Source of the DNA: Heptranchias perlo
Lineage: Eukaryota
Assembly (NCBI RefSeq): GCF_035084215.1
Contig: NW_027138407.1
Coordinates: forward strand, 310,001-374,000
Direction of reading: 5' to 3'
DNA: 64,000 nucleotides
Part shown: one piece after another, positions 13,001-25,100 of the stretch
Position numbering within the stretch: the stretch's first letter is position 1
How the letters are laid out: every line of letters starts with the position of its first letter
Made by a program: the position numbers and the translations under genes
Notes under the pieces: generated by a model
Database searches by the model: none
Seen by the model: only the letters and a program-made list of their open reading frames with translations
What the model was told of the DNA's origin: nothing

Positions 13001-13699
13001 TCAGCCACCTGAGACTGTTCTTACCAATTTTATGGCAATTGAAGTGCAGTTTTGTGCTGGGGAGCCCTGTCCATTAGGAAATTTGTTGAGATGTTCCCAC
13101 ACTTATTTCACATAGGGTCCTTTCGCTATTAGAAACCCTCTGTCTGCACTGAATTTGAACCAAGGTCCTAAGTGTAACAGGTCAATTTCTAACCCACTGC
13201 CCCCCTGGCCCTGCATCACTCTCCTTCAGTGATACACACAGAATTTTTAGAACATATAAAATGGAACGGCCTGTACCTGCGATCATTAAAGCAAGTCCTG
13301 TCAAGTACATTGCCGGTATCAGAGAAGTACTTCATTCCTTGTCTGACACCTTGTCCCTCATTAGAGAGGGGAGTCCTTCATCCCTCCTATCTGGTCCCAG
13401 AGGGTGAAAGGTCAGTGCCTGACCCACTGCCCCACCCAGTCCCCCATTAGAGAGGAGACCTTCATCCCCTCTGTCTGAAGCTGGATTTGACCCCAGGTCC
13501 CAGAGGGTGAAAGGTCAGTGACTGACCCACTACCCCACCCAGACCCCCTCAGAGAGACAGGAGCCCTTCACCCCCTGTGCCTGAAGCTGGATTTCCCAGA
13601 GGGTGAGAGAGCAATGCTCTTACTGTTAAAAAAATCATAAATTTCATTTAGCTCTCGACGTTTACTATCTGGAAAGTTAGAACAAAATCAATCACATAC

Positions 13700-13779
13700 T
13701 TCTCTTTAAGATCCGGTGACAGTTTCTTCCAGTGCTTAGCAACTCTTCTCCTCACGAGAACTGCTGCAAACTGACGGAT
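13700..13779 (-). CDS. IPO4: Importin-4 coding exon 3 (IRQFAAVLVRRRVAKHWKKLSPDLKE), 80 nt
   Basis: tag| acceptor, |gtatgt donor; IRQFAAVL.RRR matches the IPO4 importin-beta N-terminal domain. Confidence 0.95.
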
Positions 13780-14286
13780 CTATAGCAGGTGGGGGGAAAA
13801 AGAGGATGAGCTTTCTGATAGCTGGAGAGGAAAGTGCAATGACACGCACCCAGAAACAAAACACCACGGGGCTGAAAGAAACTGAACCGGGTTTGACAAG
13901 TTAAGTGCGACAGTTAGTGATTGGTCACTTTACACGGTCAGCAATGCCACAGTGGCGATGCCTCCATTAATCTCCCAGACTTTTTGCAGCTCCATGAAAA
14001 CCGATTCTAACCAAACGGGTGCCACGTGCAGGTGTGAGACCTTGAGTGCTACTGGCGGGAAGAGGCGCCAGCTGACCTGCTCACACACAAGACAGACTCT
14101 GCTCTTTAATGGCCGGCACCATTTCCATTCACAATCACTCCATCTCTCACTCAGCACATGAAAGAAAGAAAGAAAGACTTGCATTTATACATCGCCTTTC
14201 AGGACCTCAGGATGTCCCAAAAAGCCCGTTACAACCAATGGAGTGCTTTTGAAGTTGTAACGTGGGGAAATGCGGCAGCTGTTTAC

Positions 14287-14373
14287 CTGAGGGTTTGGTG
14301 AGCTTGTGAGGATGGTGCAGAGAGCTGGGACCACTGACGGATCCTTAAACGCCTCCTTCAACTGAGCTGTGGC
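14287..14373 (-). CDS. IPO4: Importin-4 coding exon 2 (ATAQLKEAFKDPSVVPALCTILTSSPNPQ), 87 nt
   Basis: cacag| acceptor, |gtaaac donor; resembles human ATEQL..PALCDLLASAADPQ. Confidence 0.93.
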
Positions 14374-15971
14374 CTGTGGGTGGGAAGAGAGGCAGAGAAT
14401 TACATCGAGTCTACACCACAGGATCAGGCCACTCGGCCCAACTGGTCTATGCCAGCGTTTATGCTCCACACAAGCCTCCTTCCACCCCTCTTAATCTCAC
14501 CCTATCAGCATATCCTTCTATTCCTTTCTCCCTCCTGTGTTTATCGAGCTTCCCCTTAAACGCATCTATGCTATTCGCCAGTAGCAGCCAGTAACACCTT
14601 CTAACCACTCTCTGGGTAAAGATGTTTCTCCTAAAAGACAGATCTGTGAGAAAGCAGCACTTCTACAATCTAATCAGCCCATTCAAAAACAGCAATACCC
14701 CCACCTTTGCCAAGGATTCAGACGTTTGGTTTGTGTTTAAAATTCACACCCCTGCCAAAAGCTCAAAGCAACGGATTGCAAGCGATTGGACAATTCCAAA
14801 ATTCCTTATTCCCACTCCTTCCCTGGGAAGATCCTACTTCACAACAAACATTCCTGAACACTCTCAGTACTCTCCCGTCCGAGTGTTGTGATTAGTGAGA
14901 GACCGGCTCTAAGTCATTACAATATTCATTCAACTTAGGAAAGTGGCTTTCATTTTCTTCCCTTAAAGCAGTGGAACAAAGGGTTACATTCTGCCCTCAA
15001 CCAAGAATCAGAGAGATTACAGCGCTGAAGTAAGGCGCTTTGTACTCCTACTTTTCAAATGCTTATCCAATTCCTTTTTAAATGTTATTATCGGCATCTC
15101 AATAGCTACTCACGCTAAAGTAGTCCAATATTCTAATGGATTCCTGTCCCCTGGTGCTTTTTTCTCTCTCTCCCCCTTCCGTTTTCCAACATTGCACACA
15201 TTAAACAAAATCTATAAATCTTTCATGAAATCATAAGCCTCGCTGCTCCTGAACATATGCGGAACTTTTCCAAATCCAGCCCAGCGGGATCGAATAGTCC
15301 TGCTGTCTTAAGATGTGACACGCAGGGCGTCCTTGACTCCTCCAAGCCCTGTGCACTCTCCAGCAGCTCCAAGCTTTGCGATGGGGGCTACAACTCTGGA
15401 CACCAGAGCCTGCTGATAGTGCTTGTTCCCAGACTAGCTGTCCGACGTCACAGCCCCCATTTGAAGTGAAAGGAAGCAAGCAGACCCAGGTGATAAATTT
15501 GGCATTTTTCTAAAGAAAAATCAAAGATCATTTTTGGGAAGGTACCTCTTTTCTAAAAAGACATGGGGGGATACTTTCAATAAAAAGGTACTCCTCCAAA
15601 GATGCCCGTTCCCCTTTAACATGTACAGCTGCTGGAAGTGCAGCGGTCCATAATCTTGAACTTTAATTCTCAGCCGACGGGAATTTTCAAGATGGTGAAC
15701 AAAATCCCGTAGAGACAGGAGCAAGTCAAAAATCTCAGCTGTACAAAGGCACCTTTGGCATTAACGACAGCGTGAACCACAAGCAGTTCCACTTCATTTT
15801 TAAGCAGTGGCAATGCCATGATTTTAAACTCCAAATGTGACTTTTTTTTTAATTGAATAGAGTTGCAGACCCGCTACCAAGGACGTGGATAAGGCGGCAG
15901 GAATCTGAGCCACTGACAGGTAGCGAATAATGGATTTATATATCCGACGCACACATCCAGTGTCAGCGACA

Positions 15972-17278
15972 TTTTTTTTTTATTCGTTCATGGGATGTGG
16001 GCGTCACTGGCGAGGCCGGCATTTATTGCCCATCCCTAATTGCCCTTGAGAAGGTGGTGGTGAGCCGCCTTCTTGAACCGCTGCAGTCCGTGTGGTGACG
16101 GTTCTCCCACAGTGCTGTAAGGAAGGGAGTTCCAGGATTTTGACCCAGCGACGATGAAGGAACGGCGATATATTTCCAAGTCGGGATGGTGTGTGACTTG
16201 GAGGGGAACGTGCAGGTGGTGTTTTTCCCATGTACCTGCTGCCCTTGTCCTTCTAGGCGGTAGAAGTCGCGGGTTTGGGAGTTGCTGCAGTGCATCCTGT
16301 GGATTCTGCACACTGCAGCCACTATGCGCCGGTGGTGAAGGGAGTGAATGTTTAGGGTGGTGGATGGGGTGCCAATCAAGCGGGCTGCTTTGTCCTGGAT
16401 GGTGTCGAGCTTCTTGAGCATTGTCGGAGCTGCACTCATCCAGGCAAGTGGAGAGTATTCCATCACACTCCTGATTTATGCCTTGTAGATGGTGGAAAGG
16501 CTTTGGGGAGTCAGGAGGTGAGTCACTCGCTGCAGAATACCCAGCCTCTGACCTGCTCTTGTAGCCACAGTATATATATGGCTGGTCCAGTTGAGTTTCT
16601 GGTCAATGGTGAGCCCCAGGACGTTGATGGTGGGGGATTCGGCGATGGTAATGCCGTTGAATGTCAAGGAGAGGTGGTTAGACTCTCTCTTGTTAGAGAT
16701 GGTCATTGCCTGGCACTTGTCTGGCGCGAATGTTACTTGCCACTTATCAGCCCAAGCCTGGATGTTGTCCAGGTCTTGCTGCATGCGGGCTCGGACTGCT
16801 TCATTATTTGAGGGGTTGCAAATGGAACTGAACACTGCAATCATCAGCGAACATCCCCATTTCTGACCTTATGATGGAGGGAAGGTCATTGATGAAGCAG
16901 CTGAAGATGGTTGGGCCCAGGACACTGCCCTGAGGAACTCCTGCAGCAATGTCCTGGGGCTGAGATGATTGGCCTCCAACAACCACTATCATCTTCCTTT
17001 GTGCTAGGTATGACACCAGCCACTGGAGAGTTTTCCTGCTGATTCCCATTGACTTCAATTTTACTAGGGCTCCTTGGTGCCACACTCGGTCAAATGCTAC
17101 CTTGATGTCAAGGGCAGTCACTCTCACCTCACCTCTGGAATTCAGCTCTTTTGTCCATGTTTGGACCAAGGCTGTAATGAGGTCTGGAGCCGAGTGGTCC
17201 TGGCGGAACCCAAACTGAGCATCGGTGAGCAGGTTATTGGTGAGTAAGTGCCGCTTGATAGCACTGTCGACGACACCT
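15972..17278 (-). mobile_element. 5'-truncated non-LTR retrotransposon (CR1/L2-superclade family 'B') with poly-A tail
   Basis: RT motifs ALDIKVAFDRVWH, GVPQGSVLGPTIFSCFINDL, MFADDC; poly-T on the plus strand at 15972. Confidence 0.9.
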
Positions 17279-17645
17279 TCCGACGCACACATCCAGTGGC
17301 ATCTACGTCTCCGACGCACACATCCAGTGTCATCGCTAATCGCTATATCCGACGCATCCAGTGTCATCTACGTCTCCGACGTGCACATCCCGTGTCATCT
17401 ACGTCTCCGACGTGCACATCCCGTGTCATCTACGTTTCCGACGTGCACATCCCGTGTCATCTACGTCTCCGACGTGCACATCCCGTGTCATCTACGTCTC
17501 CGACGTGCACATCCCGTGTCATCTACGTCTCCGACGTGCACATCCCGTGTCATCTACGTCTCCGACGTGCACATCCCGTGTCATCTACGTCTCCGACGTG
17601 CACATCCCGTGTCATCTACGTCTCCGACGTGCACATCCCGTGTCA
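17279..17645. repeat. 31-bp minisatellite GTGTCATCTACGTCTCCGACGTGCACATCCC
   Basis: About 11 tandem copies. Confidence 0.95.
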
Positions 17646-18394
17646 TCAATATATGCGGTGTGTATACAGTATCATCGATATATCTGATTTATATATCCAG
17701 TATCGATATATCCGATGCGGGTATCCAATATCATTAGATATATCTGCTGTCTACATCAAGTATCATCTAAATATACAATGTATATATGAAGGATCATCGA
17801 TATATCTGATAGTCCATGTATGCAATATATATATCCAACTATATTGTTCTATTTGATACTGATCCCTAGAAAGGGCATGCGCTGTGCCCTATATCTCTCG
17901 TGTCCCGGTCTGGCCTCTACCTGCTGTATGATCGCTTAATTTCACGAGAGATTACAATCTGCTGACCTTGTAGTTTGAATACTCTGCACCAAATCCCCTG
18001 CTAAAGAAATCCTGCTGCATGCAGCACTCGACCCACTAATTTCTTACAAATGAATCACAAAAGGTTCAATCGCAAACTGCAGTAAGTTTCAGTGAGAATC
18101 ATCTGTGAAATCAATCCCATGGGGAATTTTTCTCTGACCATTTATCACAGTTTCTATCAACAGATACACACCCTCACAGTGAGGACTGTTGGCCTCCCCA
18201 CCCCTCAATGATCGACTGTTAGCCACTCAGTGGCGGACCAGCAACCCCATCATTCACAGCCCTTCACTTCATTTTGACCCCTCCCCTCAGAGTGAAGGAC
18301 AGTGAGCCCCACTCCTCACAGAGTGACAAGGAGTCCCATCCTCCACGGTGATGGACAGCAAGCTCCTCCCCTCAGGTGAACAGTGAGCCCCTCC

Positions 18395-19290
18395 CAAGAA
18401 CATAAGAAATAGGAGCAGGAGTAGGCCATCCGGCCCCTCGAGCCTGCTCCGCCATTCAATAAGATCATGGCTGATCTTCGACCTCAACTCCACTTTCCCG
18501 CCCGATCCCCCTAGAGTCCAAAAATCTATAGATCTCAGCCTTGAACATTCCAAAGATTCACAACCCTCTGAGTGAAGAAATTCCTCCTCCTCACAGTCCC
18601 AAACGTCCGACCCCTTATCCTGAGACTATGCCTCCTAGTTCTAGACTCTCCAGACGGGGGAAACAGCCTCTCAGCACCGACCCTGTCAAGCTCCCTCAGA
18701 ATCCTATATGTTTCAACCTGTCATTCGTCTAAACTCCAGAGAGTATAGGCCCATTCTACTCAATCTCTCCTCATAGGACAACCCTCTCATCCCAGGAATC
18801 AATCTGGTGACCCTTTGTCGCACCCCCTCTAAGGCAAGTATATCCTTCCTTAGATAAGGAGACCAAAACTGTACGTAGTACTCCAGGTCAGGTCTCACCA
18901 AAGCCCTGTACAATTGCAGCAAGAATTCCTTACTCTTGTACTCCAACCCCCTTGCAATAAAGGCCAACATACATTTGCCTTCCTAATTGCTTGCTGTACC
19001 TGCATGTTAACTTTCTGTGTTTCATGTACAAGGACACCCAAATCCCTCTGAACACCAACATTTAATAGTTTCTCATCATTTAAAAAATATTCTGTTTTTC
19101 TGTTTTTCCCACCAAAGTCAATAACCTCACATTTCCTCACATTATACTCCATCTGCCACCTTCTCGCCCACTCACTTAACCTGTCTACATCCCTTTACAG
19201 ACTCTTTGTGTCCTCCTCACAGCTCACCTTCCCACCTAGCTTTGTATCGTCAGCAAACTTGGATACATTACATCGGTCCCTTCACCTCAG
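18395..19290 (-). mobile_element. CR1 LINE 3' fragment
   Basis: LAFIARGLEYKSKEFLLQLYRALVRPDLEYYVQFWSPYLRKD.. Confidence 0.9.
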
Positions 19291-19394
19291 TCATTATAGC
19301 ACTGGGCATGTAGCCCCTCCCCTCACCGGGGACAGCGAGCCCCTCCCCTCACAATGTTTGTTAGGCCCTATCCTCCCCACCAGTGTTGGGTACC

Positions 19395-20168
19395 GGACAC
19401 GTGCCAGGCAATGACCATCTCCAACAAGAGAGAGTCTAACCACCTCCCCTTGACATTCAACGGCATTACCATCGCCGAATCCCCCACCATCAACATCCTG
19501 GGGGTCACCATTGACCAGAAACTTAACTGGACCAGACATATAAATACTGTGGTTACAAGAGCAGGTCAGAGGCTGGGTATTCTGCGGCAAGTGACTCACC
19601 ACCTGACTCCACAAAGCCTTTCCACCATCTACAAGGCACAAGTCAGGAGTGTGATGGAATACTCTCCACTTGCCTGGATGAGTGCAGCTCCAACAACACT
19701 CAAGAAGCTCGACACCATCCAGGACAAAGCAGCCCGCTTGATTGGCACCCCATCCACCACCCTAAACATTCACTCCCTTCACCACCGGCGCACTGTGGCT
19801 GCAGTGTGTACCATCCAAAGGATGCACTGCAGCAACTCGCCAAGGCTTCTTCGACAGCACCTCCCAAACCCGCGACCTCTACCACCTAGAAGGACAAGAG
19901 CAGCAGGCACATGGGAACAACACCACCTGCACGTTCCCCTCCAAGTCACACACCATCCCGACTTGGAAATATATCGGCCGTTCCTTCATCGTCGCTGGGT
20001 CCAAATCCTGGAACTCCCTTCCTAACAGCACTGTGGGAGAACCTTCACCACACGGACTGCAGCGGTTCAAGAAGGCGGCTCACCACCACCTTCTCGAGGG
20101 CAATTAGGGATGGGCAATAAATGCCGGCCTCGCCAGCGACGCCCACATCCCATGAACAAATAAAAAAA
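19395..20168 (+). mobile_element. Family 'B' LINE 3' fragment with A-rich tail, inverted relative to the 16-17 kb copy
   Basis: CQAMTISNKRES..YKAQVRSVMEYSPLAW..; ends CCCACATCCCATGAACAAATAAAAAAAA. Confidence 0.9.
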
Positions 20169-20329
20169 ATAATGATCCCATTACTGTGACTGCCTCTTAC
20201 ACCCTCAATATGATGAGTTAGCCTTTGATTCCCTATCACATTCAACAACAGGTTAACCCATTCCATGTTTAGCACCTCCCTCAAGGACCGCTAGCCCCAC
20301 CCCTCCGTGAGCGACCACTAGCCCCGCCC

Positions 20330-21535
20330 CTCTGCCTTTGATTGTCTCCCTCAACCCCACCTCCTCGGCGATTGACAGCTAGCTACGGCCCCGCCCCCTC
20401 GCCGATTGACAGCCAGCCCCGGCCCCGCCCACTCGCCGATTGACAGCCAGCCCCGGCCCCGCCCCCTCGCCGATTGACAGCCAGCCCCGGCCCCACCCCC
20501 TCGCCGATTGACAGCCAGCCCCGGCCCTCACCTTCAATGATTGATACCCCGCCCCTTCACTGATCAACCTATTGGCCCCACCCCCATTCAATGATTGACA
20601 GCTAGCCCCACTCCTCCCCCTCAATGATAGACAGCTAGCCCCACTCCTCCCCCTCAATGATAGACAGCTAGCCACGCCCTCCCCTCAATGATAGACAGCT
20701 AGCCCCATCCCTCAACTTCAATGATCGAGTTAGCCCCGCCCCTTCACTGATCGACACATTGGCCCCACCCCATGATTGACAGTTAGCCCCACCCCCACAT
20801 TACCAGTTAGCCCCACCCCTTCAGTGATTGACAGTTAGCCCCACCCCATTACCAGTTAGCCCCACCCCTTCAGTGATTGACAGTTAGCCCCACCCCCACG
20901 TTACTAGTTAGCCCCACCCCTTCAGTGATTGACAGTTAGCCCCACCCCCACATTACCAGTTAGCCCCACCCCCTCAGTGTTTGACAGTTAGCCCCACCCC
21001 ATTACCAGTTATCCCCACCCCCTCAGTGTTTGACAGTTAGCCCCACCCCATTACCAGTTAGCCCCACCCCTTCAGTGATTGACAGTTAGCCCCACCCCAT
21101 TACCAGTTATCCCCACCCCTTCAGTGATTGACAGTTAGCCCCACCCCATTACCAGTTATCCCCACCCCTTCAGTGATTGACAGTTAGCCCCACCCCATTA
21201 CCAGTTATCCCCACCCCTTCAGTGATTGACAGTTCGCCCCACCCCCACATTACCAGTTAGCCCCACCCCTTCAGTGATTGACAGTTCGCCCCACCCCATT
21301 ACCAGTTAGCCCCACCCCTTCAGTGATTGACAGTCCCTTCAGTGATTGACAGTTAGCCCCACCCCCTTCAGTGATTGACAGTTAGCCCCACCCCCACGTT
21401 AGCGAGTTAGCCCCGCCCCCTTCCGCGATTGACAGTTAGCCCCACCCCCCACGTTAACGAGTTAGCCCCGCCCCCTTCCGCGATTGACAGTTAGCCCCAC
21501 CCCCACGCTGCCGAGTTAGCCCCGCCCCCTTCAGT
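20330..21535. repeat. C-rich degenerate tandem repeat (about 30-55 bp units) at the 5' end of IPO4 intron 1, rich in TGATTGACAG and GCCCC(A/G)CCCC
   Basis: Repeated CCCTTCAGTGATTGACAGTTAGCCCCACCCCATTACCAGTTAG. Confidence 0.9.
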
Positions 21536-21732
21536 GATCGCCGGTTGGTCCCGCCCCCTCCGCGCGAGCGGCCGTTTGAAAGCGGTCGCGAGCCGCCATT
21601 TGACAGTTGGCTCCTCCCCGCCGGAGCAACCGTTCAGGGAGCGGGGCTTCGATCACCGTCAACCCGGGGGAGGGAGGGGGGAGAGCAGGAGCAGGAGCAG
21701 GCCTTCCCCCATCCCCATCCCCGGCAACTCAC

Positions 21733-21801
21733 CTGCTGGATCAGGGCGGTGTCGGGCTCCAGCAGATTGTTGAGGATCTTCTCCAGGATCTCCGCCATCA
21801 T
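21733..21801 (-). CDS. IPO4: Importin-4 coding exon 1 (MMAEILEKILNNLLEPDTALIQQ)
   Basis: ATG ATG start, |gtgagt donor, phase 0; resembles human LEQLLRELLLPDTERIRR; exons 1-6 splice into 196 in-frame codons. Confidence 0.92.
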
Positions 21802-22110
21802 CTCTCTCTCTCTCTCTCTCGAATCGCTTTGTTTCTCGTCCCCTCACGACGCTCCCCCGGCCCCGGCTTCTCCCCCTCCTCCTCCACCACCTCCTTCTCC
21901 CTCTCCCCCCACAACACCGCCCTCCTTCCCCGCCAGCGCTGACTCGGCGCCTCAGGCTCAACACGCCGGCAAAAAAAAAATGTGCTTTCCCGATCGGGCG
22001 AACGGACGGACGGACGGAACGCCAAGGAGGCGCCGGCTGACGCCCCGGTGAGGGATGGTGTCACCTCTGCGGGAGCGCTCCCCCTGCCGCCCGGAGGAGT
22101 CACCTGGGAT
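21802..22110 (-). promoter_or_regulatory. CpG-rich IPO4 5' UTR and promoter region
   Basis: High GC and CpG content immediately upstream of the ATG; (GA)n tract just before the start codon; TSS not determinable. Confidence 0.6.
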
Positions 22111-25100
22111 TTGGGAGGACTCGGGCAGCGCCTCCCCTGCGGTTGGGAGGACTCGGGCAGCGCCTCCCCTGCGGTTGGGAGGACTCGGGCAGCGCCCCCT
22201 GCGGTTGGGAGGACTCAGGCAGCGCCCCCTGCGATTGGGAGGACTCAGGCAGCGCCACCTGTGGTTGGGAGGACTCAGGCAGCGCCACCTGTGGTTGGGA
22301 GGACTCAGGCAGCGCCCCATGCGGTTGGGAGCACTCAGGCAGCGCCCCCTGCGGTTGGGAGCACTCAGGCAGCGCCCCCTGCGGTTGGGAGCACTCAGGC
22401 AGCGCCCCCTGCGGTTGGGAGGACTCAGGCAGCGCCCCCTGCGGTTGGGAGGACTCAGGCAGCGCACCCCTCCTGCTGCGGTTGAGAGGACTCCAGCAGT
22501 GACCCCAAGACTGCAGTTGGGAGGACTCAGGCAGCGCCCCCTGTGGATGGGAGGACTCAGCCAAACCCATCCCCTCACTGTGGTTGGGAGTACTCAGGCA
22601 GCACCCCCTGTGGTTGGGAGGACCCACTCAGCGCCCCCTGCGACTGGGAAGACTCCAGCCTCGCCCCGTGTGGTTGGGAGGACTCAGGCAGCGCCCCCTG
22701 CGGTTGGAAGGACTCAGGCAGCGCTGCCTTGCCGTTGGGAGGACTCAGGCAGCGAGCACCCTCTGCGGTTGGGAGGACTCAGGCAGCGCCCCCTGCGGTT
22801 GGGAGGACTCAGGCAGCGCCCTCTGCGGTTGGGAGGAGTCAGGCAACGCCCACACCTGCAGTTGGGAGGACTCAGGCAGCGCCCCCTGCGGTTGGGAGGA
22901 GTCAGGCAACGCCCACACCTGCGGTTGGGAGGACTCAGGCAGCGCCCCCTGCGGTTGGGAGGAGTCAGGCAACGCCCACACCTGCGGTTGGGAGGACTCA
23001 GGCAGCGCCCCCTGCGGTTGGGAGGAGTCAGGCAACGCCCACACCTGCGGTTGGGAGGACTCAGGCAGCGCCCCGTGCGGTTGGGAGGAGTCAGGCAACG
23101 CCCACACCTGCGGTTGGGAGGACTCAGGCAATGCCCCCTGCAGTTGGGAGGACTCAGGCAGCGCCCCCTGCGGTTGGGAGGACTCAGGCAGCGCCCCCTG
23201 CGGTTGGGAGGACTCAGGCAGCGCCCCCTGCTATTTTGGGAGGAGTCAGGCAACGCCCACACCTGCGGTTGGGAGGACTCAGGCAGTGCCCCCTGCAGTT
23301 GGGAGGACTCAGGCAGCGCCCCCTGCGGTTGGGAGGACTCAGGCAGCGCCCCCTGCGGTTGGGAGGACTCAGGCAGCGCCACCTGCGGTTGGGAGGACTC
23401 AGGCAGCGCCCCCTGCGGTTGGGAGGACTCAGGCAGCGCCCCCTGCGGTTGGGAGGACTCAGGCAACGCCCACACCTGCGGTTGGGAGGACTCAGGCAGC
23501 GCCCCCTGCGGTTGGGAGGACTCAGGCAGCGCCCCCTGCGGTTGGGAGGACTCAGGCGGCGCCCCCTGCGGTTGGGAGGACTCAGGCGGCGCCCCCTGCG
23601 GTTGGGAGGACTCAGGCGGCGCCCCCTGCGGTTGGGAGGACTCAGGCGGCGCCCCCTGCGGTTGGGAGGACTCAGGCGGCGCCCCCTGCGGTTGGGAGGA
23701 GTCAGGCAACGCCCACACCTGCGGTTGGGAGGACTCAGGCAGCGCCCCCTGCGGTTGGGAGGAGTCAGGCAACGCCCACACCTGCGGTTGGGAGGACTCA
23801 GGCAGTGCCCCCTGCGGTTGGGAGGACTCAGGCAGCGCCCCCTGCGGTTGGGAGGACTCAGGCAGCGCCCCCTGCGGTTGGGAGGACTCAGGCAGCGCCC
23901 CCTGCGGTTGGGAGGAGTCAGGCAACGCCCACACCTGCGGTTGGGAGGACTCAGGCAGTGCCCCCTGCGGTTGGGAGGACTCAGGCAGCGCCCCCTGCGG
24001 TTGGGAGGACTCAGGCAGCGCCACCTGCGGTTGGGAGGACTCAGGCAGCGCCCCCTGCGGTTGGGAGGACTCAGGCAGCGCCCCCTGCGGTTGGGAGGAG
24101 TCAGGCAACGCCCACACCTGCGGTTGGGAGGACTCAGGCAGCGCCCCCTGCGGTTGGGAGGACTCAGGCAGCGCCCCCTGCGGTTGGGAGGACTCAGGCA
24201 GCGCCCCCTGCGGTTGGAAGGACTCAGGCGGCGCCCCCTGCGGTTGGGAGGACTCAGGCGGCGCCCCCTGCGGTTGGGAGGACTCAGGCGGCGCCCCCTG
24301 CGGTTGGGAGGACTCAGGCAACGCCCACACCTGCGGTTGGGAGGACTCAGGCAACGCCCACACCTGCGGTTGGGAGGACTCAGGCAGCGCCCCCTGCGGT
24401 TGGGAGGACTCAGGCAGCGCCCCCTGCGGTTGGGAGGACTCAGGCAGCGCCCCCTGCGGTTGGGAGGACTCAGGCAGCGCCACCTGTGGTTGGGAGGACT
24501 CAGGCAGCGAGCACCCCCTGCGGTTGGGAGGACTCAGGCAGCGCCCCCTGCGGTTGGGAGGACTCAGGCAGCGCCCCCTGCGGTTGGGAGCACTCAGGCA
24601 GCGCCCCCTGCGGTTGGGAGCACTCAGGCAGCGCCCCCTGCGGTTGGGAGGACTCAGGCAGCGCCCCCTGCGGTTGGGAGGACTCAGGCAGCGCACCCCT
24701 CCTGCTGCGGTTGAGAGGACTCCAGCAGTGACCCCAAGACTGCAGTTGGGAGGACTCAGGCAGCGCCCCCTGTGGATGGGAGGACTCAGCCAAACCCATC
24801 CCCTCACTGTGGTTGTGAGTACTCAGGCAGCGCCTCCTGTGGTTGGGAGGACCCACTCAGCGCCCCCTGCGACTGGGAAGACTCCAGCCTCGCCCCGTGT
24901 GGTTGGGAGGACTCAGGCAGCGCCCCCTGCCGTTGGGAGGACTCAGGCAGCGCCACCTGTGGTTGGGAGGACTCAGGTAGCGTTTCACCCCACCCACCAC
25001 CCCTGCGGTCGGGAGGACTCGGGCAGCGCCCCCTGCGGTCAGGAGGACTCCATGCAGCGCCCCCCCCCCCCGTCAGTTGGGAGGACTCAGGCAGTGCCCC

